A stretch of 61,469 nucleotides of DNA, counting the filler, from Gemmatimonadota bacterium (GTDB lineage: Bacteria; 4572-55; J002), in the NCBI GenBank assembly GCA_003697105.1. It is 4 parts of 4 records of this genome, joined end to end, with 100 filler letters (N's around TTAATTAATTAA, not from the genome) between each part and the next. Parts side by side here need not be neighbours in the genome. Positions count along the whole stretch, not along the records: positions 34,527 to 56,239 come from RFFQ01000056.1; 3 more parts are not named here. The stretch is one strand, 5' to 3'. The position numbers and the translations under genes were made by a program. The notes under the pieces are model-generated. The model was not told where the DNA came from, did no database searches, and saw only the letters and a program-made list of their open reading frames with translations. This document shows, piece after piece, positions 38,351 to 48,426 of this stretch; the stretch's first letter is position 1; every line of letters starts with the position of its first letter.

Positions 38351-39934
38351 ATGTACACGGAGATTATTGTTAATGTGAACCCTAACGAAACACGAATCGC
38401 CATTTTGGAGGATCAACAATTAGTTGAATTATTGATTGAACGCGCCGAAAAGCGGCGAGTCGTTGGGGATATTTATAAAGGACGTGTGGATGCCGTGATT
38501 CCCGGAATGCAAGCGGCATTTGTCGATATTGGGATGGAGAAAGCCGCATTTTTACACGTCTCGGATATGTTAGATATGGATACCTACAATCGGGAATTTC
38601 TGGATATGGATGATGACGATGAGGATGAAACCAGTACCAATGGGAAATCAAACCGCAAACGATCCACCCGCCGGACACGGCGCGAGTACAAACCGATCCA
38701 GAAAATCTTGAAAGAAGGACAGGAAATTATTGTTCAAGTCAAAAAAGAACCCATTAGTACGAAAGGCGCCCGGATTACTACCCAAATTTCGTTAGCAGGA
38801 CGGTTTTTAGTGATGATGCCGGGAGCCGCCAGTATCGGGGTTTCACGTAAAATTCAAGATGAAGGCCGGCGTAAAGAATTAAAAAAATTTCTCCGGCGCT
38901 TGCTCACCGAATCTAACTCAGATGCTGGCTTTATTGTTCGCACGGCTGCCGGCGAACAAAGCAACGAAGACCTAAAAGAGGATATGCAAACGCTGGAAGC
39001 CCTCTGGAATGAGATCAAGCAGAAAGCGGATAAAGCAAAACCACCAGCGTTGATTCATCAGGATGCCGAAATGGTCGGCGGGTTAGTGCGGGATGTTTTC
39101 ACCAAAGAAACCAACCGGCTGGTCATCGATGACAAAGATGAATACGAGGATATTTGTAACTATCTGGAAACGTACGCTCCAGAACTGAAAGAAAAAACAA
39201 AGTTATATACCGAAGATACACCGATCTTTGATGCCTATAGTATTGAGCCGCAAATTGAAAAAGCTCTGCGCCGGAAAGTATGGCTCCGAAGCGGGGGTTA
39301 TATTATCATCGATCATACGGAAGCGCTGACGGCAATCGATGTCAACACCGGTAAATTCATTGGGCGGGAAAATCAGGAACAGACGATCTTACAAACCAAT
39401 CTGGAAGCCGCCGATGAAATTGCGCGGCAACTTCGGTTACGCGACATCGGGGGAATCATTGTGTTGGATTTTATCGATATGGAGCATGAATCCAACAAAC
39501 AAAAAGTGTTAAACGCCCTAAAAAATGCGATGCGAAATGACCGTAGCCGTCCTAAAATATGTCAAGTCAGCGATTTGGGCTTGATTGAGATGACCCGTAA
39601 GCGTGTTCGTCCCAGTTTGGTCAACACGTTTTATGAACCTTGCCCGACATGTGATGGTACCGGGCGAGTCGTCTCGCGCTCCACAACAGCGATGAAAATC
39701 GAACGCTGGTTGAACCGTGCCGGTGCGTATTCCAGCGAGCGGGATTTGCTGGTCTATGCCCATCCGGTGATTGTGGACTTTATTTCCGGAGAAGATGATG
39801 CGCGCCTGTCTCATCTTCGGGAAAAATATAAGATGGACATCAAATTTGAGGTTGACCCCAACCTCAGAATTGATAAATTTAAGATTGTTTCGATCCGTAC
39901 CGGTGAAGAGATCACCGAACATTTTTTGAGTTGA
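38351..39934 (+). CDS. rne: Ribonuclease E/G family
   Basis: S1 domain GDIYKGRV..AAFVDIG, then IDVNTG, RQLRLRDIGG and CPTCDG. Confidence 0.95.
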   Translation: MYTEIIVNVNPNETRIAILEDQQLVELLIERAEKRRVVGDIYKGRVDAVIPGMQAAFVDIGMEKAAFLHVSDMLDMDTYNREFLDMDDDDEDETSTNGKSNRKRSTRRTRREYKPIQKILKEGQEIIVQVKKEPISTKGARITTQISLAGRFLVMMPGAASIGVSRKIQDEGRRKELKKFLRRLLTESNSDAGFIVRTAAGEQSNEDLKEDMQTLEALWNEIKQKADKAKPPALIHQDAEMVGGLVRDVFTKETNRLVIDDKDEYEDICNYLETYAPELKEKTKLYTEDTPIFDAYSIEPQIEKALRRKVWLRSGGYIIIDHTEALTAIDVNTGKFIGRENQEQTILQTNLEAADEIARQLRLRDIGGIIVLDFIDMEHESNKQKVLNALKNAMRNDRSRPKICQVSDLGLIEMTRKRVRPSLVNTFYEPCPTCDGTGRVVSRSTTAMKIERWLNRAGAYSSERDLLVYAHPVIVDFISGEDDARLSHLREKYKMDIKFEVDPNLRIDKFKIVSIRTGEEITEHFLS

Positions 39935-39988
39935 TGAATCGTTAATTCGCCCATCATGATTCATAACTTTTTCAGAAAGGTGAACCAA

Positions 39989-40753
39989 ATGAAACTCTTT
40001 TCAATCATGCGTCGAGGTGTTAATTTTGCGGGCATCGCTGCAATCGCCATGTTTTTTGTACAGTGTGGGGATAACAGTGATGACGTCAGCGGGATTTCCG
40101 GTTCCGCGGCAATTACCGGACAGGTTGTCATCAAAAGTACCGCCACCAACGGGGTGGGAGAAATTCAGTTTGAGACCCTGGGCTACCAACAAGCCACCGG
40201 TATTCATGTCGAATTGTGTGAGTTGGTTGATTTTGAAACGACCGTCTGCGGTATCGATACGGTTTCAAGCCGAAAAGGAGTCTATAGCTTCGGCTTCCAG
40301 CAAGCGGGTACTTACATTGTCAAAGCCCGTATCAACGATTATATCGAAGCTGAAGGGGATAGTTCCGTTATTCTGTATGATAAATCCCGTGTGAATGGTC
40401 CGACAATTTCGTTTGGACCCTATCCACGCTATCAAGGGACATTACTCACTGCCAATCGATTACCGTTCCCGAACCCCTTTACCGAAACCGTTACCCTACT
40501 TATCAACGCTGGGGACATCGAAAGCGGTTCTACCGGCGATTTGAAAGTGCGTCTGTTTGATGTTACCGGTGAAGAAATAATGGTGTTGCTCGATGAACGC
40601 GACGTTACCCCGGGCGCGCAGCAAATTATATGGGATGGAATGAATAAGAGCGGGATCGAAATGCCTGCCGGAATGTATTTTTACGTCGTCACGTGGTACG
40701 ATAACGAAACAAATGATTTTGAAGGATATGTTGGTAATTTTATGAAACGGTAA
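39989..40753 (+). CDS. Putative lipoprotein with C-terminal FlgD-Ig-like domain
   Basis: FFVQC lipobox-like; PFPNPFTE..WDGMNKSG..AGMYFY. Confidence 0.72.
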   Translation: MKLFSIMRRGVNFAGIAAIAMFFVQCGDNSDDVSGISGSAAITGQVVIKSTATNGVGEIQFETLGYQQATGIHVELCELVDFETTVCGIDTVSSRKGVYSFGFQQAGTYIVKARINDYIEAEGDSSVILYDKSRVNGPTISFGPYPRYQGTLLTANRLPFPNPFTETVTLLINAGDIESGSTGDLKVRLFDVTGEEIMVLLDERDVTPGAQQIIWDGMNKSGIEMPAGMYFYVVTWYDNETNDFEGYVGNFMKR

Positions 40754-40774
40754 CTTTTTTAGGAGGATTGAGTC

Positions 40775-41086
40775 TTGTACGCAATTGTGAATATTGGTGG
40801 ATTCCAATACAAAGTTCAGAAAGATATGCAACTGAAAGTGCCTCGCTTGAGTGCCGAAGAAGGGGCATCTGTGGATTTAGACCATGTACTCTTGGTCTCG
40901 AACGGCGATGATGTCCAAATCGGGAAACCGTTGGTGGAGGGTGCAAAAGTAAGCGCCGAGGTGCTGGAGCATGGTAAACACCGCAAAGTGATGGTTGTCA
41001 AGAAAAAACGGCGCAAAGGCTATAAGCGCCGGAACGGTCACCGCCAACTCTACACCGCCATACGGATTACTGGTATCCATGCGTAG
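40775..41086 (+). CDS. rplU: 50S ribosomal protein L21 (TTG start)
   Basis: YAIVNIGGFQYKV and KKKRRKGYKRRNGHRQ; AGGAGG RBS. Confidence 0.96.
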   Translation: MYAIVNIGGFQYKVQKDMQLKVPRLSAEEGASVDLDHVLLVSNGDDVQIGKPLVEGAKVSAEVLEHGKHRKVMVVKKKRRKGYKRRNGHRQLYTAIRITGIHA

Positions 41087-41720
41087 AACGTTGTGGCAGA
41101 CACTGTTTGTAATGCTTTTCTGGTTGGGATGGGGTCTTATTTCCACCGCCGCGGGTGGGTCACCGGTTGTGGAAACCTATTACCCGATCAACGTAGATAG
41201 TTATTGGGTTTACGAGGCGGAAGGGGGGCGGTTTGATGGGTTGCGCGGCGAATATCGCTTTACCGGGCAAACCCAACTTGCTGATGGCTCACTCGTCTGG
41301 ATTCGGGTATGGTCTGTGACACTTCCCTCTGGGGAAATCGCCCGCGATACCAGCTTTGTGTTGGTTGATGAAACACAACACCAAATACATCTTATCGGAG
41401 ACCGCCTACGACGGGATGAGATGATTTTTCTCACGGAAAATCTGGATCCGGGCGATTCGTGGCAAGCATCCCCCTACCACCAAATGCAACAGGTACATGT
41501 GGTCGCCACCGAGGTCAATGCACTGGTGCCTGCCGGTATGTTTGCCCACTGTGTGCGGTTAGAACGCACCAATCAGGATTTTGCCAAGTTTAGCTATCTA
41601 TTAGCCCCTGCGGTGGGCATGATTGAGTTTGGAACAAAGGTCAATACTAACAAAGTTCGGAACAAAGATGCACCATTGCCCGAAACCACGTGGCGCTTAG
41701 TCGAATATTCAATTCCATAG
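41079..41720 (+). CDS. Hypothetical exported beta-rich protein
   Basis: Signal peptide; YYPINVDSYWVY, VPAGMF..CVR and APAVGMI motifs. Confidence 0.65.
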   Translation: MRRTLWQTLFVMLFWLGWGLISTAAGGSPVVETYYPINVDSYWVYEAEGGRFDGLRGEYRFTGQTQLADGSLVWIRVWSVTLPSGEIARDTSFVLVDETQHQIHLIGDRLRRDEMIFLTENLDPGDSWQASPYHQMQQVHVVATEVNALVPAGMFAHCVRLERTNQDFAKFSYLLAPAVGMIEFGTKVNTNKVRNKDAPLPETTWRLVEYSIP

Positions 41721-41753
41721 TGAAAATTTAATCCAGAGTAAGGAGATTTACGA

Positions 41754-42014
41754 ATGGCTCATAAAAAAGGTGTGGGGAGTACCCGCAACGGTCGAGACAG
41801 TAATCCCCAATATCGCGGGGTGAAAAAGTACGGTGGTGAGTTTGTCCGCGCCGGTAATATTATTGTCCGGCAATGTGGCACAAAGATTCATCCCGGTGAA
41901 AACGTCGGTCTGGGCAGTGATTACACCATTTTTGCCTTGATTGATGGTGTCGTTAAATTTGAGCGGAAAGACCGGAAACGCAAAAAAGTTAGTGTTTACC
42001 CCCAAGACGCGTAA
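41754..42014 (+). CDS. rpmA: 50S ribosomal protein L27
   Basis: [16 protein letters not shown] and [11 protein letters not shown]. Confidence 0.97.
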   Translation: MAHKKGVGSTRNGRDSNPQYRGVKKYGGEFVRAGNIIVRQCGTKIHPGENVGLGSDYTIFALIDGVVKFERKDRKRKKVSVYPQDA

Positions 42015-42038
42015 CACAACTGGTCAAGATGAGAAATC

Positions 42039-42081
42039 AAAGGGTTAGAATATCAATTTGATAGGCTAGCCCTTTATTTTT
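42039..42081 (+). terminator. Probable terminator after rpmA
   Basis: AAAGGGTTAG..CTAGCCCTTT-ATTTTT. Confidence 0.5.
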
Positions 42082-42098
42082 GGAATAAGGAAGAGACC

Positions 42099-42746
42099 AT
42101 GGCTCCAGGCACATTACAGGGACTATTTATTACCTTTGAAGGCATTGAAGGCAGTGGTAAATCCACCCAAATTCAACTGCTGGCGGAACGATTACAAGCC
42201 CAAAACTACACCTGTGTGGTGACGCGTGAACCCGGGGGGACGGCTCTTGCCGAAAAAATCCGGGACTTGTTACTCGACCCGGAACATACCACCATGTCGC
42301 CTCGTGCCGAATTGTTATTGTACGCTGCCAGCCGCAACCAGCATCTCCACGAAAAGATCATCCCGGCCTTGGAACGCGGCGACATTGTGATCTGTGACCG
42401 GTTTTATGATTCCACAACAGCCTATCAAGGTGCCGGGCGGGTGCTGGAGCCGGCGCTCATCCAAACCGTGACCGACGTTGCCGTAGGCTCACACCGTCCT
42501 GACCTCACCTTTTTTATTGATGTTCCGGTCGCGGTGGGACTTGACCGGATTCGCCAGCGGCACGGGCAACTGGATCGATTGGAATCCGAAACATTGGACT
42601 TCCACGAACGTGTCCGTGAAGGCTATTTGGCAATTGCCCAAAATGAACCCGAACGCGTGGTACTCATTGATGGAATGCAACCGATCCCAGCGGTGCAACA
42701 GCAAATTTATCATCACCTGACAACTCATTTCCCTTCGTTTTTATAG
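42099..42746 (+). CDS. tmk: Thymidylate kinase
   Basis: FEGIEGSGKST, TREPGG and CDRFYDST. Confidence 0.96.
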   Translation: MAPGTLQGLFITFEGIEGSGKSTQIQLLAERLQAQNYTCVVTREPGGTALAEKIRDLLLDPEHTTMSPRAELLLYAASRNQHLHEKIIPALERGDIVICDRFYDSTTAYQGAGRVLEPALIQTVTDVAVGSHRPDLTFFIDVPVAVGLDRIRQRHGQLDRLESETLDFHERVREGYLAIAQNEPERVVLIDGMQPIPAVQQQIYHHLTTHFPSFL

Positions 42747-42758
42747 GTAACTCGTCCT

Positions 42759-43766
42759 ATGCCAGCTGCTGTTTTTTACCCGATCTGGTTTGTGTTTGGC
42801 GCGATGTGGGGCAGTTTCATCAACGTTTGCATTTACCGTATTCCCCGCCGTGAATCCATTGTTTTTCCGGCATCGCATTGCCCGCATTGTGGCACACCGA
42901 TCAAACCGTATGACAACATTCCCATTCTCAGTTGGTTGGTGCTAAAAGGTAAATGTCGTGCGTGCCACAAACCGATCTCGATCCAGTATCCTATTGTGGA
43001 ACTTATTTCCGGGGTTGTCTTCATGCTCGTCTTTTACCGTACGGGCTGGTCAAGCCAACTGCCGGTCTATCTTTTCTTCAGCGTGTATTTGTTGATCGGA
43101 GCGTTGACCGACCTCTTTACGTTTTTTGATCCACCCCGAACCGAATTACCGGTACACCTGATCTTGCCTCGTATCACCCTCTCTGCCGCAGAACCCCCGA
43201 CAACAGAACTTGTTTGGGAAGGGGTTATTTCCGATGAGACTTATGCCCATGAAAATCCCAATACCGAAACCGTCGGGATTGGACAACCTATTGAACCCGT
43301 CCAATTACCCCCCATTCACGTCAAGCCGATTATGGTGGAAAAGGGGATTATTCCAGATGAAATTTCAATCGGTGGCATCATCATTGGGGTGCTCTTAGCG
43401 CTCATCTCTGAACAAACCTCTTTTGATTTGATGCTTTTCCCCCGCGAGCCTTTACTGGAAGCCGTTCTTGGATTTTTTGCCGGCGCAGGTAGTCTTTATT
43501 TGCTCTCGGTGGGGTATCGATTGCTTAAAGGCATCGACGGTATGGGCATGGGGGATGTGAAATATTTGGGAATGATCGGTGTCTTTTTGGGTTGGAAAGC
43601 CGTTATTGTTACCATTTTGGTGGGGTCGGTGGTGAGTTTGCTGGTCACTGTGCCGTATCTACTCCGGTCAAAAATGGGTTCGCAGTCCCCGATGCCATTT
43701 GGTCCCTCGCTGGCGGTGGGCGCGCTCGTTGCGCTGGCGTTCGGTGATGTCTTGTTCTTATTTTAA
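42759..43766 (+). CDS. pilD: Prepilin peptidase (A24) with internal insertion
   Basis: GSFINVCIYRIP, CPHC/CRAC, GMGMGDVK and PFGP. Confidence 0.9.
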   Translation: MPAAVFYPIWFVFGAMWGSFINVCIYRIPRRESIVFPASHCPHCGTPIKPYDNIPILSWLVLKGKCRACHKPISIQYPIVELISGVVFMLVFYRTGWSSQLPVYLFFSVYLLIGALTDLFTFFDPPRTELPVHLILPRITLSAAEPPTTELVWEGVISDETYAHENPNTETVGIGQPIEPVQLPPIHVKPIMVEKGIIPDEISIGGIIIGVLLALISEQTSFDLMLFPREPLLEAVLGFFAGAGSLYLLSVGYRLLKGIDGMGMGDVKYLGMIGVFLGWKAVIVTILVGSVVSLLVTVPYLLRSKMGSQSPMPFGPSLAVGALVALAFGDVLFLF

Positions 43767-43785
43767 TCCCAATGGAGGTTAGATT

Positions 43786-44151
43786 ATGAAGCTCACATTT
43801 AAGGACGATGGAAAATTAATCCTCGCTTATCTCAAGGGTGACCTCAATGAAAAAAGCGCTGAAAATTTTAAGACCCTGATCCGGCGGGAAGTCTTGCACG
43901 AAAAACGCCCAATCTTATTGAATTTAGATAAATTAGCCCATATAGATTCACACGGATTTGATGCCATCGGTTCCGTGATGACGGCTGTCACCTCCGGTGG
44001 CATGGGATTTTCCATTTACGTCTCACCGGAAAATGAGAGTGTGATGAACTTGCTCAAAGCGTCACCCTATTTTGAGTTTCTGCCTGTTTTCACGGAGGAG
44101 GTAAAAGCCCGCCATGATGCCTTGCGCCCGCGTAGAAAGAGCAAAAAGTGA
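43786..44151 (+). CDS. STAS-domain (anti-sigma antagonist-like) protein
   Basis: LKGDL..LLNLDKLAHIDSHG. Confidence 0.75.
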   Translation: MKLTFKDDGKLILAYLKGDLNEKSAENFKTLIRREVLHEKRPILLNLDKLAHIDSHGFDAIGSVMTAVTSGGMGFSIYVSPENESVMNLLKASPYFEFLPVFTEEVKARHDALRPRRKSKK

Positions 44152-45782
44152 CCCGGATTCTGCTTATCACGATTGTTTTGATTCTTTTTACCCGTGCGGT
44201 TTCTGGGCAAGCCCAAACCAACCCGGTCACGTACGTACCACTCGATGATGACGCTTATTGGCAACTCAAGCGATTTGAAGTGCAAGGCTATCTGCGGCAG
44301 CCGATCAGCCAGACACGACCTATCTCGCGGGCAGACGTCCAGCGGGCACTTCGTGATCTGAACCATCAACAAGAAACGGGGCAGATTCAACTCACTGCCG
44401 TAGAACGGGGTGTGCTCGCAAACTTGAACCGTCGGTTTTTGCCTTCGGATTCGCTCGAACCGCATCTATTCAGCTGGCATGATCCGCACCACACTGCAGT
44501 TTTTGATCTACTGGCAGATATGCGCGTCATTGCACAATCCCGCTCAGATGATTCATCCTCTGTTGGCATCTACACCACGCTAGGGGCTGAACTCTCGGGT
44601 GCAATATTGGATAATCATCTGGGATTTTATGCCCGCAGTGTGAATGTCCGAGAATACACCTCCGGTGATGACTTACCGCGTACCGATAATTATTTCCGCG
44701 ATTTTGAGTTTGGTGGCGTGTCAACGGCTTACTATGACCGTACGGAAGCCTATCTTCTTGCCAAAGTTGGTTCTGCCGGTCAAAATATCTCCCTATTGGC
44801 TGGTAAATACCAACTCATTTTTGGACCCGGTTACCGGGGACAGTTGACGCTATCGGATCATGCCGGTTCATACCCGCTCATCCACTGCAACCTCCAATTA
44901 GGACGGATCCAATTCACCAGTTTCACGGCTTTTCTGAAATCGATGGAGATAGATTCCCTGCGCAGTTACCGAGTAGAAAACCGGAACAGAATCCTTTACC
45001 GGCAAAAATATATGGCGGGGCACCGGATAGAAATTCAGGTACACCCGCGTTTGCAATTGGGTCTGGAAGAAACGGTAATCTATGGTGACCGAGGCATTGA
45101 TGTCGGCTATCTAATCCCGGTGATGTTTTTCCGCTCTTACGAGCATTATTTAAATGACCCGGATAATGTAGGCTGGGGCATCGACTGGAGCTGGCGTTTT
45201 CACGATAATTGGCAGGTTTATGGTGAGATATTTATCGATGATCTTTCCTTGAGTAAAATCGGTACCACGTGGTGGGGTAACAAACAAGCCTTTTTAGGTG
45301 GATTGTATGCTGTGCGCCCGTTTGGACTGGGGAATACTGAATTCCGTTTGGAAGCGGTTCGTATCAATCCTTGGGTCTATACGCATTTTTTTCCGGTGAA
45401 TCGCTACACCCATGACAATCTTGGGTTGGGGCATGAATTGGGACCGGATGTTCTTTCTCTGTTTGGGGAAATCCGGCAGTACATTTCATGGCGTTGGTGG
45501 GTCAAACTGGGGACAGAGTGGGTTCAAGCGGGTGAAGGGGGTCGCGGAGGCGACATTTTCGATATTCACCGGGATGATGTTCATGGGGAATCTGCTACAT
45601 TTTTAGGTGGCACGGTTGAAGACCAAAAAACCATCACGGCTGAGACGGAGTTTATCTTGATACCTCACGTCCTTGATTTCCACTTCAGTTACACCTATAC
45701 CCGGTTTGAAAACTACCGCCACCATCTGGATCGAGACCTTAACCGGCAGATGTACAAATTCAGAATCCGGGGAAATTGGTAA
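44148..45782 (+). CDS. Capsule assembly Wzi-family outer-membrane protein
   Basis: Signal peptide; GPGYRGQLTLSD, GHRIE..LGLEETVIY, YGEIFIDD and LGHELGPD. Confidence 0.75.
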   Translation: MTRILLITIVLILFTRAVSGQAQTNPVTYVPLDDDAYWQLKRFEVQGYLRQPISQTRPISRADVQRALRDLNHQQETGQIQLTAVERGVLANLNRRFLPSDSLEPHLFSWHDPHHTAVFDLLADMRVIAQSRSDDSSSVGIYTTLGAELSGAILDNHLGFYARSVNVREYTSGDDLPRTDNYFRDFEFGGVSTAYYDRTEAYLLAKVGSAGQNISLLAGKYQLIFGPGYRGQLTLSDHAGSYPLIHCNLQLGRIQFTSFTAFLKSMEIDSLRSYRVENRNRILYRQKYMAGHRIEIQVHPRLQLGLEETVIYGDRGIDVGYLIPVMFFRSYEHYLNDPDNVGWGIDWSWRFHDNWQVYGEIFIDDLSLSKIGTTWWGNKQAFLGGLYAVRPFGLGNTEFRLEAVRINPWVYTHFFPVNRYTHDNLGLGHELGPDVLSLFGEIRQYISWRWWVKLGTEWVQAGEGGRGGDIFDIHRDDVHGESATFLGGTVEDQKTITAETEFILIPHVLDFHFSYTYTRFENYRHHLDRDLNRQMYKFRIRGNW

Positions 45783-45852
45783 TACAAAAGCGGGTCGGTA
45801 TCAACCAACCCGCCAGGTAAATCGCCCGCACCTTATTGATGTACCACTGAGA

Positions 45853-46725
45853 TTACCGGATATTCTCTTCCTCCGAAAACAGATGGCTTGCTCGTTCTAA
45901 AATGCGCCGTTCTTGCTCGGTTAAACTTTCGATCCCCTGTTCGTTAATCTTATCTAAAATTCGATCCACCATATCCACGACACGAGTCCGATCCAATTCA
46001 CGTTCCACGGAAGGCGACCGGGTCCGTTTACGCTTACGGAACACATTGACCGGTGGAGGTGATTGCTGCTTGTAAAAGTACAAGTAACCGAAGCCAATAC
46101 CAACCCCCGCCAGATGGATCAAGTGAGCAACATGATCGATTTGACCGCCCACTTCTGTCATCAGTAGTCCCAGAAAATCCAGCACGATCACCCCAATGGC
46201 AAAATACTTTGCTTTAACGGGAAATAAAAATCCGACCAGAATCACCGCGTTTGGGAAGGTCAAGGCAAATGCCAGTACAACGGCGAGTACGGCGCCGGAT
46301 GCTCCGATCACCGCGACCGGAGAACTGCTGTAAAACATAAAATGCACCATATTTGCCCCGATTCCGGTGATCATATAATACCGGAAAAACTCCCGGCTAC
46401 CCCATACCCGTTCCACCGGACTGCCAAACATCCACAACGCAAACATATTGAAAATGAGGTGCATCATATTGGTGCTGCTGTGCAGAAACATCGCCGAAAC
46501 AAACTGCCAGATCGTGAAATGCTGGTAAACAGATTCCGGCACCAAGCCAAATGTTCGGATAAATTGATCAGAGAGGGAACCCGGTGCGACACCGCCGATC
46601 AATGCCAGCAGGATTTGAAGTACCCAAACTCCCACATTGATGAGAATCAGTCGCTTGACCATTGGTGTCCAGGCATAACTAAGGGTAAGCTCCGGTGCAC
46701 CGGAAGAATTGAGAGGGGGTTGCAT
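45853..46725 (-). CDS. Rhomboid intramembrane serine protease
   Basis: FLH..HLIFNM, GASG and HLIHLAG; C-terminal VDRILDKINEQGIESLT (DUF6576-like). Confidence 0.92.
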   Translation of the reverse strand: MQPPLNSSGAPELTLSYAWTPMVKRLILINVGVWVLQILLALIGGVAPGSLSDQFIRTFGLVPESVYQHFTIWQFVSAMFLHSSTNMMHLIFNMFALWMFGSPVERVWGSREFFRYYMITGIGANMVHFMFYSSSPVAVIGASGAVLAVVLAFALTFPNAVILVGFLFPVKAKYFAIGVIVLDFLGLLMTEVGGQIDHVAHLIHLAGVGIGFGYLYFYKQQSPPPVNVFRKRKRTRSPSVERELDRTRVVDMVDRILDKINEQGIESLTEQERRILERASHLFSEEENIR

Positions 46726-46978
46726 GAAGTCCTCTTGAAGTAACTTACTGATATTTAAGCTATTAACTACCACAGTGCTTTCAAAATATGTGGTTTTACC
46801 AACATACGGTGATCTCCAAAATTTGTCAACAAAAAACAGGTTTCTTTCCAAACACAGCCCATCTAAGGTTCCCGTAATGGTGCGAGGTGTACTTCTGGGG
46901 TCGTTCCGGCGGTGATACGAACCCTAAAAATGCACGCGGTCTCTGACCCTCACGGGAACACCGGAATGCCAAAAACCA

Positions 46979-47007
46979 TTGACAACGATCCCGGAATCAT
47001 TTATGCT
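46979..47007 (+). promoter_or_regulatory. Sigma70-type promoter for accC
   Basis: TTGACA-17 nt-TATGCT. A divergent TTGACA-17-TATGTT for the rhomboid gene lies at 46801-46829 on the minus strand. Confidence 0.55.
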
Positions 47008-47062
47008 TCTGATTCTGCAATCCTATCTGAAACCCTTTTTCACCCTGATTAAAGAAGACACT

Positions 47063-48406
47063 ATGTTTAGAAAAGTATTGGTTGCCAATCGAGGCGAAAT
47101 TGCGGTGCGCGTTATCCGTGCCTGTAAAGAACTCGGTCTCAAAACCGTGGCGGTTTACTCCCAAGCTGACGAAGATTCCTTGCATGTTCATCTGGCGGAT
47201 GAGAGTGTTTGCATTGGTCCGCCGCTTTCGGTGGACAGCTATCTAAAACCCGCACAAATTATCAGTGCGGCGGAGATCACGGATGCGGATGCGATCCATC
47301 CCGGTTACGGATTCCTCGCCGAGAATGCACAATTTGCCCAAATGTGTGAAAAATCAGGCGTAACCTTTATCGGACCCTCCCCGGAGAATATCCGAATGAT
47401 GGGCGATAAATCTCTGGCAAAAGAGAACATGCAAAAAGCGGGCGTGCCCACCGTGCCGGGCAACAAAGGGATTTTGAAAGATGTCGATCATGCCATTGAA
47501 GCCGCCTATCAGATTGGGTATCCGGTCATTTTGAAGGCATCAGCCGGTGGTGGTGGTAAAGGTATGCGCATTGTGGGAGATGTGGACGGGGTGCAAAAAA
47601 CCTTCAAAGTGCTGCAAGGCGAAGCGCAAGCCGCCTTCGGTTCTCCAGATTTATACATTGAAAAATATATCCAGCGACCTCGCCATATTGAAGTGCAATT
47701 GATCGGCGATACTCACGGCAATGTGATTCATCTGGGCGAACGCGATTGTTCTATTCAACGCCGCCACCAAAAATTGGTGGAAGAAGCCCCCTCTCCGGCA
47801 GTTAGTGACGAATTGCGGGACTATATCGGCGGGGTATCGGTGCAAGGTGCCAAGGGCATTGGCTATCGTAGCGCGGGCACCATCGAGTATCTGATGGATG
47901 ACCAACACAATTTTTATTTCATGGAGATGAATACCCGGATTCAGGTGGAACATCCGGTCACCGAGTGGATTACCGGTGTCGATTTGGTTAAAGAGCAGAT
48001 TCGAGTTGCCATGGGGGAAAAGCTCTCTGTCACCCAAGCCGATATTCACTTACACGGACATGCCATTGAGTGCCGCATTAACGCGGAAGACCCTTCGCGT
48101 AATTTTGCCCCTTCCCCGGGGCAAATCACCGCTTTCCACGCCCCGGGAGGCATTGGTGTGCGGGTCGATTCCCACTGCTACACCGGCTATCACATCCCTC
48201 CTTTTTATGATTCCATGATTGCAAAAGTTATTACGCATGGCCATACCCGCCAAGAAGCAATTGCCCGCATGCGGCGGGCATTGGAGGAGTTTGTGATTGA
48301 AGGTGTCAATACAACCATCCCTTTTCATTTAAAAGTGCTGGAAGACCCCACATTTTTAGAGGGAACTATTGATACGACGTTTATCGAACGGATTCATTTT
48401 AAGTAG
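47063..48406 (+). CDS. accC: Biotin carboxylase
   Basis: [42 protein letters not shown] and YDSMIAK. Confidence 0.96.
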   Translation: MFRKVLVANRGEIAVRVIRACKELGLKTVAVYSQADEDSLHVHLADESVCIGPPLSVDSYLKPAQIISAAEITDADAIHPGYGFLAENAQFAQMCEKSGVTFIGPSPENIRMMGDKSLAKENMQKAGVPTVPGNKGILKDVDHAIEAAYQIGYPVILKASAGGGGKGMRIVGDVDGVQKTFKVLQGEAQAAFGSPDLYIEKYIQRPRHIEVQLIGDTHGNVIHLGERDCSIQRRHQKLVEEAPSPAVSDELRDYIGGVSVQGAKGIGYRSAGTIEYLMDDQHNFYFMEMNTRIQVEHPVTEWITGVDLVKEQIRVAMGEKLSVTQADIHLHGHAIECRINAEDPSRNFAPSPGQITAFHAPGGIGVRVDSHCYTGYHIPPFYDSMIAKVITHGHTRQEAIARMRRALEEFVIEGVNTTIPFHLKVLEDPTFLEGTIDTTFIERIHFK

Positions 48407-48426
48407 ATTAAGAAAGGCGGTGCGTC

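Noticed and set aside
41079..41720. Prp ribosomal-processing protease between rplU and rpmA
   Set aside because: Too long, has a signal peptide, lacks the GHA..VC motif, and L27 has no N-terminal extension.
46865..46970. Cobalamin riboswitch, SRP RNA or tRNA-Sec
   Set aside because: No B12 box (GCCACTG), no SRP GGAA/GCAGC loop and no T-arm; kept only as an unassigned structure.
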